Source: Candidatus Moanibacter sp. (GTDB taxonomy: Bacteria > Verrucomicrobiota > Verrucomicrobiia > Opitutales > UBA2987). From it: a stretch of DNA of 64,000 nucleotides. A program made the position numbers and the translations under genes. The notes below the pieces were generated by a model. It made no database searches, was not told the DNA's origin, and saw nothing but the letters and a program-made list of their open reading frames with translations. Within the stretch, counting starts at the first letter, position 1. Each line of letters starts with the position of its first letter. Location of the stretch: positions 1 to 64,000 of the forward strand of contig CBDCEW010000086.1 in NCBI GenBank assembly GCA_965215885.1. Reading direction: 5' to 3'. Of the stretch, positions 53,176 to 64,000 are shown in pieces.

Positions 53176-54477
53176 TTAACGACGATTTTTGCCTTTGTTT
53201 CTGCGCGAGCGCGAGACTTTCATTTTCCCTCGCGGCTTCGTTAGTAATTGGTAAGGTTTCGGTCTTCGTTTGACCGCTCGTGGTTCGCTGCGGTGTTCTC
53301 GTAGTGGAACAGTCTCCTCGGCAATAATCAGAACCATCTCGTCAATGATGCGTTGTTGCTTTCGAGGTTGCTTGCGGGTGGCGTTCAGAGCGGTGCAGTA
53401 CTGCCGAACGGTGTCGACCGTGCTCTTGAAGCTGAGCCGATGCAGGTCACGCTGATAGAGGGTGGCGGCGTGTTGCATGAGGGCGCGGATGAGATTATAG
53501 GCGATAAAGAACAGCTGGATTTCCTTACGCACCATTTCGGGAGTAAGGCAGCGTACCGTTTCCATCTTCATAGTCGTTTTAATGTCGCGAAAAAACAGTT
53601 CCACTGACCAGCGGCGGAAGTAGAGATCGGCCAGATCCTCTACGGTGTATTGGAGGGGGTCGGTAAAGGTGGTCACAAGATCGATCTTTCGGGTACGGAA
53701 TCCTTTGATCTGAACGAAGAAACGCACCATTCGCAGAGTCAGTTCGGCCGGTAATTGAGCCCATTCTTCCGGGCTGAACCCGTGCTGTCTCTGCGGTTTT
53801 TTCCAGGTCACCAGCCGATCGTATCGGCCCAGTGTTTGGCCGCTACGGAAGTCGCATTTGCGCCTTTGGTGCAGGCGCATGACCGCGTCCATTTGATGGT
53901 TTAGAAGCAGCCCCAGATTGGCATAAGAGCAATAACCGCGGTCGCACAGAACCACCTCTGCTTTTTTCAAATACCCAACGAATTTGCGCAAAATGCCGCT
54001 TTCATGGTTTTTTAAGGTGGTCTCGACACAGTGCAGCAAGGCCCCGCTGGCCAAACAGAAACAGCCCACCAGAAGCATGACGGGAAATCCGCACCCCTCT
54101 TTCTGCCCCCCGGGTTGGGGAAAGGCCCTCTGGTTCTGCTCGGTATCGGGCATACTGATCCCAGTACCGTCTATCACTCTGACCTCGTGCCCCTTCCACC
54201 GCTGCGCTTGCCTTACCTCCTTGTGTATCTGCTCGCTGACCTCTTCACCGATCTTTTGTAAGTCCTCTATACCTATGCGCTGACGTGCCTGGCAATAGGC
54301 CGAGGTGGAGGAACTGGGCAGGTTCAACTCCCGCTCACTACAGTAGCTCTGCACCTTTCTGACGACCTCCCGGCAGGCTGTCTGCGGGGAGAGCACCTGG
54401 AACAGAAAGCCCCAGAAGGTCGTTCTGAGTGAGTAGACTCGTTCCCGGCTGTTTTCTTTTTCGCTCTTGGGTTGCAA
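53176..54477 (-). mobile_element. IS4 family transposase
   Basis: VIDGTGISMPDT..NQ..FPQP, LCDRGYCSY, YFRRWSVELFFRDIK, EPRAVKRRPKPY. Confidence 0.92.
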
Positions 54478-54574
54478 AACAGGGTAAAAGGATTCCAGGA
54501 AGCAACTAGCTGATAAGCAAGAAGATAAAAAAAGAGCTAAACAAACCCGAGGGAATCAGTCATGTTAAGATGGG

Positions 54575-56348
54575 ATGAAAGACAAAAAATCTTACCAACT
54601 GAATCCTTCGATAGATCGTTTAACTCTGCGTCTGGTCCTGCCCGAAGAGCAGGAGCGATTCAATGATCTATTGAAACAACATCATTATTTACACAGTGCG
54701 GGCAGCGCAGGAGAGACCCTGCGCTATGTGGCGCAGATCGACGGGCAATGGATGGGCCTGCTCTTGTGGGGGGCCGCATCCTACCGGCTGAAGGATCGAG
54801 ACGAATGGATCGGGTGGGACGGGGCGCAACGGCATGCACGATTGAAACTGGTAGTACAGAACCGGCGTTTTCTGATTTTGCCCGGGGTGGATCTTGCAAA
54901 TTTGGCCTCCAAGACGTTGGGTATGTGCCTGAGAGTCTTAGCCGATCACTGGCAGGAGGCTTTTGGCTATCGTCCCTTAGTAGCGGAAACGTTCGTGGAC
55001 CCACAGATTCACCGGGGCACTTGCTACGAAGCGAGCGGGTGGACGCCCTTGGGCTTGAGCGCGGGATATGGCCGCCAACGCGAAGATTTCTATCAACGCC
55101 ATGAGCGTCCCAAGCAGATCTGGGTCAAACCCCTCAAGGCTAATGCCCTTGAGCTTTTGCGCGCTTCAGGGCCATTGCCCGCGGCACAGAGCCAGGCGCT
55201 CAATGAAACCGATAACTCCCATGCGGTCTGCCTCAAAGTGGAACAGATGAGCAGCCTGTGGGAACGCTTCAATCAGATAGAAGACTTCCGTCGTAAAGCG
55301 GGCCTTAGATATCGGCTCGCCACGGTCCTGAGCATGATTGTGCTCGGCACGATGTGCGGCAAACAGACCCTCAAGGGCATCGTGCGCCTGGCCCATCATC
55401 TCAATCAAGCCCAATTGCGCGCCTTACGCTCCTGGAAAACCCCAAAACAGGCCGCTATAAGGCCCCTTGCTATGATGTCTTCTATCGGGTCTTGCAAAAC
55501 GTAAAGGCCGAGCTCTTCGATAAAACCCTCACCGAATTCATCTGCTTACAAGACGGCTGTTTGCCCCGCGATATTGCCGTCGACGGCAAGACCCTCAAAG
55601 GCACAAACACCGAAGAATCAAAGGCTCTGCACCTGGTGGCCGCAGTCGATCACCAAAGCGCTCAAACCTTAGCCCAAGTCGCTACCGCCGATAAATCCAA
55701 CGAGATCACCGCCGCCCAGACTCTCTTGCGAAAGATGCCCATTTTGGACGGCTCCACCTTCACCTTCGACGCCATGCATAATCAAAAAGAAACTGCCCAC
55801 ATCGTCGTCGAAGAACTCAGTGCTGACTATGTTATTCAAATTAAAGACAATCAGCCCAACATGCATCAATACGCTCAGAATCTCTTCAGCTCCACCCCCT
55901 TTTTCTCCACCAAACCGTGGACAATGACCATGGGCGACTCGAAATACGTCAAATAGCAACCCATTCTCTAAGCGCTCCCTCTGCCGGCCTGCCCCATGCC
56001 CGCCAGTTCGCCTGTGTGCAACGCACCTTCCATTATCCAAACAAAGCTGAACCTTCCTCTGAACGCTCTTACTACGTAAGCAGTCTCGATCCCGCCGATT
56101 TGAGCCCTCAACAGTTCCTCTCGAAAATTCGCAACCATTGGGCGATCGAAAATAAAAATCATTACCCCAGGGATCGCTTCTTCGATGAAGATCGATGTAT
56201 GATCCGTAATCATAACGCAGCCAGAATTCTTGCTGCATGCAGGCAACTGGTTCTCAGCCTCAAGTCTTCCATGGGCGCTGAATCCACTCCCGCACTCTGT
56301 GATGATTTCGTCTTTAACTTACATAAGGCCATCAATATCATCACCTAA
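54575..56348 (+). mobile_element. DUF4338-fused ISAs1-family transposase, split over three frames
   Basis: HHYL..GETLRYVA, NRRFLILP, ETFVD...GTCY.ASGW; then IAVDGKTLKG, KSNEITAA, FDAMHNQ, IKDNQP, IRNHWAIEN; shifts near 55436 and 55895-55904; candidate ends CAGGGT at 54480 and ACCGTG at ~56371. Confidence 0.85.
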
Positions 56349-56569
56349 TGCTCCGAGAATCAAAATACCGTGTATTGTAAGTAATCATTATTTTTTCTCT
56401 TTTTGTTTTTACTCTTAATTCTCCCATCTACTAACAGGTTCTGTGCCAATTTCATGAAACCTCTTAAGTTGTTTACAAACAGCCGCTTAAGGGTGTGTTG
56501 CCTTTTCTGGTCCACAATATTGGAGACGACATTCCGCCGGAAGCATGGTAAACCGCGCACCCTGAAACG

Positions 56570-56596
56570 AAAAAACCCCGGCTGAAACCGGGGTTT
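56570..56596 (-). terminator. Rho-independent terminator
   Basis: AAACCCCGG-CTGAAA-CCGGGGTTT stem-loop with a U-run on the minus strand, just downstream of the 56629 stop. Confidence 0.8.
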
Positions 56597-56628
56597 CTGT
56601 TACTCCTAACGTTGAAGACCTATCTCAG

Positions 56629-57333
56629 TTACACCAGGAGCATTCTTAAGTTTCGCGCGCTTTTCGATTCGTCACCTTCGTCTATCGCACTCTGGACCGC
56701 AGCCACCGCGGTTTCCGAGTCCTTTAAGAAGAAGCTCAAAGCCGCAAGCATGAACCTGGAATCGACATCGCTGGAGTCATCCCTGACGGTTTCCCGGTAA
56801 AGAGACGCTAAACGGCGCAGTTCAACTCTCAGGGCACGCCGGGTTGGAAAATCGCTCGCACCGGTGGGATCCAGTTCAAAAGCGTTCCTCATGGCAAACA
56901 CTGCTTCTTCATGTTTCCCGCTTATGGCGGCTGTAAGGGCGAGGCCAACCCTTGGTAGTCCGCTCGTTGGCGACCTGGCTGCCAGTTTGGCGAATTTCCT
57001 CTTGGCGAGTTCAACATTGCCCTTGGCGAGATGCTTCCACGCACCACTGGATTTGCCAAAAGTGGCAGGTTCCAGGGAGTAATCCAAATAGGGCCCGTAA
57101 TAGCCCCCATAGTACCCATGGCCATACCCGTGATACCCGTATCCGAATGCACTGTATGGGTAATAACCGTGGCCGTAGTGGCCGTAGCGGTGATGGCCAT
57201 ATCCGTAGTAACCGTGATAGCCGGCTTGAAGTTGGGTAGCAAAACCCAGTCCGACAATTGCCGCCAGGATAGCAATACTCCTCTTCAGTTTGATTCTTTT
57301 GATTCGGGTTTAATTCGTGTGTTTAATTTTCAT
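56629..57333 (-). CDS. Exported Gly/Tyr/His-rich protein with TPR-like C-terminus; in-frame TAA at codon 8
   Basis: One frame reads MKIKHTN*TRIKRIKLKRSIAILAAIVGLGFATQLQA-GYHGYYGYGHHRYGHYGHGYY...-LDYSLEP into the TPR-like ORF 56629..57087. Confidence 0.7.
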
Positions 57334-57633
57334 GCCTCGGGGCTTGCCCCGAGGATCTTTTTTCTTTCCTTTCCTTATTATGATTAACTATTGCAAATTA
57401 CCTGAGATTCATAGCCGCCATGAGAGGTGGTCAGAATTCAAAATCCCGTTGCCACAACGCGCAGCCTGCTTCTCACTTCTAATCTACGTTCGTTGGACTA
57501 AGAGCGGAAACCTTACAGATTAATTCCCACGACGACTGATCCGTGGACGATTTAATCGCCTGTGCCTACTCCTGTTCCTCAGTCGCGGACGAATGGCCCT
57601 TCAGAAAAAAATCTCGTTTTTTCCATTTTTTTG

Positions 57634-57661
57634 TTGACCAATCGGTTCCTAAGAGTATAGT
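57634..57661 (+). promoter_or_regulatory. Sigma70-like promoter overlapped by a putative TetR operator
   Basis: TTGACC-16 bp-TATAGT; TTGACCAATCGGT recurs at 58292 and 58336. Confidence 0.7.
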
Positions 57662-57683
57662 GCTTGATGTTAACCGACGAAAA

Positions 57684-58274
57684 ATGGCAAGACCGCGCGA
57701 ATTTGATATCGACGAAGCACTGGAAACCGCCATGCAGGCATTCTGGGATCACGGCTATGAAGGGACATCGATGGCCGATCTCGTCCAGGCAATGGGTCTC
57801 AAGAAGGGTAGCATCTACAAAGCGTTCGGTAATAAGCACGCCCTTTTCATGGCCGCACTCGAGCGTTACCTCAACCGGTATTCTGTAATGGTAAGTGAGG
57901 CCACCGCAAAGGCAGATTCCGCTATCGAAGCGCTTCAAAGTATTTTGTTTGAAATGACCCGAATGAGCCAATCCTCCGAGGTTCGACACGGCTGCTTCGC
58001 GCTTAACACCGTAGTAGAACTGGCTGCCCATGACGAGCAAGTCGAGGCATACATGGCAGAGGGCTATAAGCGCATGGAGCGCAAATTCACCGACCTCGTG
58101 CGCTGGGGGCAGGAGAGCGGCGATTTTCGAGATGATGAAGATGCCCGGGTCCTCGCTCGGTTTGTCTACATCTCTCTCGCAGGTCTCGCCGCCGCTAGTA
58201 AGGGATTCTACTCTCTCAGCGATATCGAAGAGATGGGTAGTTTCCTCATTCGCAATCTGCAGCCATCGCGCTGA
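57684..58274 (+). CDS. TetR/AcrR family regulator
   Basis: MARPREFD..EAL..AM..FW..GYEGTS..DL...MGL..GSIY..FGNK. Confidence 0.95.
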   Translation: MARPREFDIDEALETAMQAFWDHGYEGTSMADLVQAMGLKKGSIYKAFGNKHALFMAALERYLNRYSVMVSEATAKADSAIEALQSILFEMTRMSQSSEVRHGCFALNTVVELAAHDEQVEAYMAEGYKRMERKFTDLVRWGQESGDFRDDEDARVLARFVYISLAGLAAASKGFYSLSDIEEMGSFLIRNLQPSR

Positions 58275-58291
58275 GTTTTTTTGGCCCATTC

Positions 58292-58348
58292 TTGACCATT
58301 CGGTAAATAACTAGTTCTTCATTTTGCTTTAATTGTTGACCAATCAGT
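58292..58348 (+). promoter_or_regulatory. Two putative TetR operators upstream of the transporter
   Basis: TTGACCATTCGGT (58292) and TTGACCAATCAGT (58336). Confidence 0.7.
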
Positions 58349-58370
58349 AACTAACTTAAGGAGAAGAGAG

Positions 58371-60767
58371 ATGAGAAAAACAGTATCACGAAGACGAGCA
58401 GCGCTGGCATCGGTTGATGCATTTGCGGTGAAGGTGGCAGAGGCAGTCATAGCGAAGCGCTGGCTGATAATTGGGGCGACCGTGGCGCTGGCGGTTGTGA
58501 CGGGAAGTGGGGCCCGTTTTCTCGAATTTGCGACGAACTACCGGGCGTTCTTTTCGGACGAGAACCCGGAGCTGGTCGCCTTTGAGACCTTCCAGAATAC
58601 TTACACGAAGAATGACAACATTCTCTTTGTAGTACAACCGCGCGAGGGTGGCGTCTTCACAAATGAGGTGACGAGCGCGGTGGAGCAGCTCACGGCCGAG
58701 GCATGGAAGATTCCCTACGCCATACGGGTCGATTCGATCTCCAATTTCCAGCATACATGGTCTGAAGAAGACGACCTCACGGTAGAGGATCTGATAGTCG
58801 ACGGAGCAACTCTGAGCGAAGAGGATCTCAACAAGAAACGGGCGATCGCGCTGGCAGAGCCGCTCATTGCGAACAACCTTCTGTCGGCCGACGCTGCTAC
58901 GACCGGCATCAACGTCGTCCTGCAGTATCCCGAGAAGAGTCTTGCCGAAGTCCCCGAGGCGGCGGCCAAGGCGCGCCAGATCAAGACAGAAGTCGAATCG
59001 AACTATCCGGACCTGACGATCGCCATTACTGGGGTCTCGATGCTGAACAACACCTTTGCGGAGTCCGGAATACGCGACATGAGCACCCTCGTGCCTGTTA
59101 TGTATTTTACTCTGCTAATTGTAATGATACTTTCGCTGCGCACGCTTAGCGGGACGTTTGCGACCCTTGGGGGCATCATGCTCTCGACGATCACAGCGAT
59201 GGGAGTGGGAGGATTCCTCGCCATCGAGTTGACGCCGATCTCGATGACGGCGCCAACCGTAATTCTGACACTCGCAATTGCGGACAGTGTGCACATCCTT
59301 ATCTCTCTACGTTCAGCGATGAAGGAGGGACGGGACAAGGTCAGCGCGATCGTCGAAGCGATGCGGATCAATTTCCTGCCGGTCTCGATTACGAGTGTGA
59401 CAACCATAGTCGGTTTCCTGGCTCTCAACTTTTCCGATTCGCCTCCGTTCAATCATCTCGGGAACATTACGGCGGTGGGCATCGGGGCCGCTTGGATTTA
59501 TTCCGTCACATTCCTCCCTGCCCTCATGAGCCTGCTCCCCGTGAAATTCAAAGCGGCATCGGCCGAAACTACCCAGCGGGCGACTCCAATGGAGAGGATC
59601 GCCAATTTCGCTATTCTGCGGTACCGCGGGATTCTCCTCGGCATGGGGACCCTGGCGGTGGCACTATCGATTCTCGCTCCGACCAACGATCTGAATGACG
59701 AATGGACGAAGTACTTCAGCAAGAGCGTCACCTTTCGCCAGCACACCGATTTCGCGCTTGAGCATCTCGGAGGCCTATATCCGATCGAATTTTCGGTGGG
59801 CACGGAAGGACCGGGCGGGGTGAGTGAGCCTGAGTTTCTCGCCTATCTCGAGGAATTCACGGCGTGGTTGCGGGAGCAACCCGATGTCACCCATGTGTAT
59901 AGTCTGACCGACATCATGAAGCGGTTGAACATGAACATGCATGGCGATGATGGAAGCTACTACCGAATACCCGGTGAGCGCGAACTCGCTGCCCAGTACC
60001 TTCTGCTCTACGAGCTGTCGCTCCCCTACGGGCTCGATCTGAACGATCGCATTAGTATCGACAAGTCGGCCACGCGGGTGACGGCAACCCTGGGAGACGT
60101 CTCGACGGTGGAGACGCGAGTCTTTGTTGATCGGGCCGAGCGGTGGCTCCGAGATCACACCCCTGAGTATATGTGGACGAAGCCTACCGGCGCCTCCGTC
60201 ATGTTCTCCTACATCGCGAAGCGCAATATCGACAGTATGCTCCGTGGAAACCTCTTAGTCGTCGTGATCATTTCGGCGATCATGATCGTAGCCCTGCGGA
60301 GCGTAAGGCTGGGGCTTCTCAGTCTAATTCCGAACGTCGTCCCGATATTGATGACGTTCGGTTCCTGGGCGGTCCTCGTGGGAATGGTGGGGATGGCAGC
60401 GGCGACCGTAACCGCTACCTCGATCGGGATCATCGTCGATGACACGGTTCACTTTTTAACAAAGTATATCCGCGGAATCCGTGAAAAAGGCCTCGATGTC
60501 CCTGATGCGATTCGCTATGCCTTTCGCACGGTCGGCACCGCCATGGCGGTCAATTCGGTCATACTAGCTTTCGGGTTTTCGGTCCTCGCATTTTCGACCT
60601 TCAAGATCAACGCGGAGATGGGTCTCCTGACCGCCCTGGCCGTCATCTTCGCCCTCATATTCGACTTTCTTCTGTTGCCGGCGCTTCTCATCGCGGGCCA
60701 CAGGATCAAACAAATCAAGTTAACGGAAAAAGGAGAGATATATCATGAACAACCTGAAATGGCATAA
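58371..60767 (+). CDS. MMPL/RND superfamily transporter
   Basis: Two-repeat RND topology; LAIADSVH and GIIVDDTVH motifs. Confidence 0.93.
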   Translation: MRKTVSRRRAALASVDAFAVKVAEAVIAKRWLIIGATVALAVVTGSGARFLEFATNYRAFFSDENPELVAFETFQNTYTKNDNILFVVQPREGGVFTNEVTSAVEQLTAEAWKIPYAIRVDSISNFQHTWSEEDDLTVEDLIVDGATLSEEDLNKKRAIALAEPLIANNLLSADAATTGINVVLQYPEKSLAEVPEAAAKARQIKTEVESNYPDLTIAITGVSMLNNTFAESGIRDMSTLVPVMYFTLLIVMILSLRTLSGTFATLGGIMLSTITAMGVGGFLAIELTPISMTAPTVILTLAIADSVHILISLRSAMKEGRDKVSAIVEAMRINFLPVSITSVTTIVGFLALNFSDSPPFNHLGNITAVGIGAAWIYSVTFLPALMSLLPVKFKAASAETTQRATPMERIANFAILRYRGILLGMGTLAVALSILAPTNDLNDEWTKYFSKSVTFRQHTDFALEHLGGLYPIEFSVGTEGPGGVSEPEFLAYLEEFTAWLREQPDVTHVYSLTDIMKRLNMNMHGDDGSYYRIPGERELAAQYLLLYELSLPYGLDLNDRISIDKSATRVTATLGDVSTVETRVFVDRAERWLRDHTPEYMWTKPTGASVMFSYIAKRNIDSMLRGNLLVVVIISAIMIVALRSVRLGLLSLIPNVVPILMTFGSWAVLVGMVGMAAATVTATSIGIIVDDTVHFLTKYIRGIREKGLDVPDAIRYAFRTVGTAMAVNSVILAFGFSVLAFSTFKINAEMGLLTALAVIFALIFDFLLLPALLIAGHRIKQIKLTEKGEIYHEQPEMA

Positions 60768-61563
60768 ACAGAATAATCGGGCGTGGCTCTTGGCTGTCGC
60801 CCTCATAGCAATTGGTTTCGGAAGTCCCGCTTTGGCTCAAACAGCTGAAGAGAAGGGGTTCGAGATCGCGGCTCGCAGCGACCGATCCGATCGCGGATTC
60901 ATAAACAGCGACGTAGAGCTTGAGATGATACTTTGCAACGCCGCCGGCCAGGAGTCGACGCGGAATCTTCGCCTAACCACCCTCGAAGTGCCTGACGAAG
61001 ACTTCGGTGACAAGAGCCTCGTTGTGTTTGACAGCCCGAGAGACATCGATGGTACCGCTTTACTCTCACACGCCAAGATCCTCGATCCCGATGATCAGTG
61101 GCTCTTTTTGCCTGCCCTCAAGCGAGTGAAGCGAATCTCTTCGGCGAACAAGTCGGGCCCGTTCGTGGGGTCGGAGTTTGCATTTGAAGACTTCACGGCC
61201 CTCGAACTCAATAAGTACGCCTATCGGTATGTCGGTGAGGAAGATATCTCCGGCCTACGGGCCGACATCATCGAACGTTACCCTCAATATGCCAATTCCG
61301 GCTATACCAAGCAAGTCACGTGGATCGATCAGGAGGTGTTTCAGGTTCGACGGGTCGACTTCTATGATCGGCGCGGCGATCTGCGCAAGACGCTTATCCT
61401 GGATGACTACCGTGATTACGACGGTATCTGGCGCGCCCATAAATTCTCCATGACTAATCATCAGACGGGGAAGAGCACCGATCTCCTCTATGGAGAATAC
61501 ACCTTCAAGACTCGACTCAACGACAACGATTTCGTAAAAGGGATTCTCAGCCGAATTCGGTAA
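60745..61563 (+). CDS. Outer-membrane lipoprotein-sorting (LolA-like) protein
   Basis: DKSL.VF.SP.DI.GT.LL, DDQWLFLPALKRVKRISS..KSG.F.GSEF..ED. Confidence 0.9.
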   Translation: MNNLKWHKQNNRAWLLAVALIAIGFGSPALAQTAEEKGFEIAARSDRSDRGFINSDVELEMILCNAAGQESTRNLRLTTLEVPDEDFGDKSLVVFDSPRDIDGTALLSHAKILDPDDQWLFLPALKRVKRISSANKSGPFVGSEFAFEDFTALELNKYAYRYVGEEDISGLRADIIERYPQYANSGYTKQVTWIDQEVFQVRRVDFYDRRGDLRKTLILDDYRDYDGIWRAHKFSMTNHQTGKSTDLLYGEYTFKTRLNDNDFVKGILSRIR

Positions 61564-61811
61564 GTGTGGGAATCACGGGAAAGCTTCGGCAAGGCAATCC
61601 TATGTATCTGAACAGTGTGATAGTGGAAGCCTTGGTTCGACTATATCAAGGTCGCTTTATTCCGGAGTGGTGTATAAATACGAGGCAAAGACGCTGCTTC
61701 AGGCTTCGCTCATTTTCGGCCGCGAGCGGCCTTCCTACGGCAGATCCCACCATTTGTAGGAAGCTCGCTTGCGAGCGAAAGTCTTTTTCTCCTGGCAACC
61801 CATTTCGGGTC

Positions 61812-63041
61812 ATGCCACGAGAATTGATCGGGACAGAGGGAGGTCTCATCGGTCGACGTCTTCGAGTTCTCGTTTCGTTCTTGCTGGCGTCTGCCCCGAT
61901 GGCATTTGGAGAATGGGAATTCTCCGGTGTCATCGGATCGGAGGCGCGCATCTTTACGGACAGCGCCGCTTTCGCGGACCAGTTCGACGGCGCCCAGTTC
62001 TCCCTCACGTTCGAACCCGAGCTCAGCTGGGAGGGAAATGACGGTCGAAACCAGGCCGGTCTTGTTCTTTTCGCCCGCGTGGATTCCGAAGACGACGAGC
62101 GGTCGCACTTTGACGTCCGCGAAGCCTACCTGCGCACCATCCGCGATGACTGGGAGATTATGGTGGGACTTAATAGTATCTTCTGGGGGGTTACTGAATC
62201 GCGTCACCTAGTGAACATAATCAATCAGATCGATCAGGTTGAAGCCACCGATGAAGAAGACTTCCTGGGACAACCGATGCTCCAGATTTCGCGGCAGACG
62301 GGCATTGGCCGATTCGGCGCGTTCGTCCTGCCGGGATTCCGCGAGCGCACCTTTCCCGGCAGTGCCGGCCGCTTTCGCGGTCCCGTTCCCGTCGACGACG
62401 ATGCCGCCCGATACGAGTCGGAGGACGGGAAATGGCACGTGGATTATGCTTTGCGCTACTCTCACTTTTTTGGCGACTGGGACATCGGACTCTCCTATTT
62501 TTACGGCACAAGCCGTGAACCTCGTTTCGTGCCTTCCGCCGATGCGACGCGATTGAATCCCTTCTACGATCTCATCCACCAGTTCGGAGTTGAACTTCAG
62601 TATACCCGCGATTCCTGGCTTTGGAAGTTTGAGGGAATCGTGCGCGAAGGTCAGGGGGACACTTTCGCCGCTCTCGTGGGGGGATTCGATTACACACTCT
62701 ACCAGACATTTGGGGGAAATGCCGACCTCGGTCTCCTCGTCGAATATCTCTATGATGAACGAGACGACGTCCTGGCCCCGCCCACCATGTTCGACAACGA
62801 CCTCTTTTTCGGCTCCCGTCTCGCTCTCAATGACGTTCAAGACACGGCCCTACTCGTCGGAGTGGTTGTGGACCTGGACGACCGGACGACCTCCTTCCGC
62901 GTCGAGGCCGAAAGACGCCTGGGCAAGCATTACAAACTCGAAATTGAAGCCCAAGCCTTGACGAACGTCCATCGGGGAAACGCCGCTTACGCTTTCCGCA
63001 GGGACAGTTATCTACAGATCTCCCTGTCGAGGTTTTTTTGA
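61812..63041 (+). CDS. Probable outer-membrane beta-barrel protein; start uncertain
   Basis: Alternating amphipathic strands, FWGVTES..LV.IINQ motif, terminal Phe. Confidence 0.8.
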   Translation: MPRELIGTEGGLIGRRLRVLVSFLLASAPMAFGEWEFSGVIGSEARIFTDSAAFADQFDGAQFSLTFEPELSWEGNDGRNQAGLVLFARVDSEDDERSHFDVREAYLRTIRDDWEIMVGLNSIFWGVTESRHLVNIINQIDQVEATDEEDFLGQPMLQISRQTGIGRFGAFVLPGFRERTFPGSAGRFRGPVPVDDDAARYESEDGKWHVDYALRYSHFFGDWDIGLSYFYGTSREPRFVPSADATRLNPFYDLIHQFGVELQYTRDSWLWKFEGIVREGQGDTFAALVGGFDYTLYQTFGGNADLGLLVEYLYDERDDVLAPPTMFDNDLFFGSRLALNDVQDTALLVGVVVDLDDRTTSFRVEAERRLGKHYKLEIEAQALTNVHRGNAAYAFRRDSYLQISLSRFF

Positions 63042-63905
63042 GGTATTGAGATCTCGGGTTAGTCGCCTCCCCGGCGGGCTACACGAAAATATGTAGACAA
63101 AGAGGAAGATAAACTCGTACCCATTGGTTCCGTTTTCGGTTCTTAAAAGTGTCTGCGAACCGCCCGGGAACCGATTCGCTCTTCCCGTCGTCGTCGTTAT
63201 CGTAGTCGAAAATCGAGAGCTACTTACTGACTATCGACGACGATTACGACCACGACATTCGAGTGGACAATAAAGATTGCCCGTATCGGCCTGCCAGGAC
63301 GGGCAGTCATCATTGGGAAGCTTCCTTATCGATTAGGGACTTAACCGCTTCCAGCAGTGAATTTGCGGTGAACGGTTTCCTTAATGTGCGGTCAGCGCCG
63401 AATTGCTCTGCCGCCTTCAGATAGTTCGTAGAACCCACTCGTGCAAATAATCAGACAGGTTGTTTATCAATCGGTATCCAACCAATGAGGAGAGAGATCT
63501 TGAAGGGGGATTCGGCAGGGCCTGCCCCGATCCTGCTCGGCGAGACGAAGGCCTCACCCCGGCAAGCCGGGGATAGGAGAAAATGGCAGATTAGGGAGAG
63601 TGAGCGGCGAATTAGGAAACGGCAACGGATGAAGCGAAGATGCAGATCCCTCGGTTGCAGGACGGAGAATTAGCGTTCCGAAAGCTCGAATGCGTGGATT
63701 GCTTCGTCATTCTTCCTCGCAATGACATATCGATGAACCAGCAAAGTGCAGGTTTTTTGACCCACCATTTCCCACCTTTCGAGAAGAATCTCATACCTTG
63801 GAGAGGGTGCCGGAAGATGCTAAAGAGTATGGACGATGGGAAAGCCCCAGGTGGAGAAGAAACCGCAAGAAGTTAGCTCGCACGCAGATGCAATAGCCAT
63901 ACCTA

Positions 63906-64000
63906 CTATTCCCTCTTAGCGGCCTCGTAATCCAGGCGGAGCAGGGCGTTGATCTGGTCGCCCGCCAATTTCATGCGTTCCACCATTTTCTCGGCGGCAT
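63906..64000 (-). CDS. C-terminus of an unidentified protein entering from the right edge
   Basis: Open frame ...AAEKMVERMKLAGDQINALLRLDYEAAKRE*. Confidence 0.45.
   Translation of the reverse strand, partial: AAEKMVERMKLAGDQINALLRLDYEAAKRE

Noticed and set aside
54575..55200. Druantia-like defence gene (DUF4338)
   Set aside because: The domain is fused to an ISAs1 transposase and no partner defence genes are present
1..64000. Complete DGR cassette (RT, avd, template repeat)
   Set aside because: No ORF with RT motifs and no AAC-rich non-coding copy of the variable segments seen on either strand

Overview
Bacterial chromosomal window. Gene content (DUF5069 proteins, Thx, S55-peptidase/aspS/xseB/hemW block) suggests a Verrucomicrobiota-like host, which is an inference. 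The first ~35 kb is an accessory signalling/conflict-type island. It holds an SrfC-like P-loop protein, two FHA proteins, a Fic protein, an exported caspase-like protease, a CHASE2 cyclase and an SPFH protein. Its core is a tandem array of three paralogous receptor-like Ser/Thr kinases (kinase-TM-PEGA-FGE/C-type-lectin fold). The four lectin-domain C-termini carry the codon signature of diversity-generating-retroelement (DGR) variable regions, but no reverse transcriptase or template repeat is visible here, so they look like remote DGR targets. Only one of the three genes is intact: one is IS-interrupted and one has a microhomology deletion plus a frameshift. The window also has two near-identical 1917-bp IS copies, an IS inserted in a palindromic repeat with a 15-bp or longer duplication and a probable -1 frameshift fusion, IS4 and ISAs1 transposases, MITEs and several REP-like families, one of which is inserted in-frame inside two kinase domains. 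35-46 kb is housekeeping, 46-57 kb is a decayed stress/redox region, and 57.6-63 kb is a TetR-MMPL-LolA-like-outer-membrane operon. Many single-base homopolymer indels may be assembly errors.
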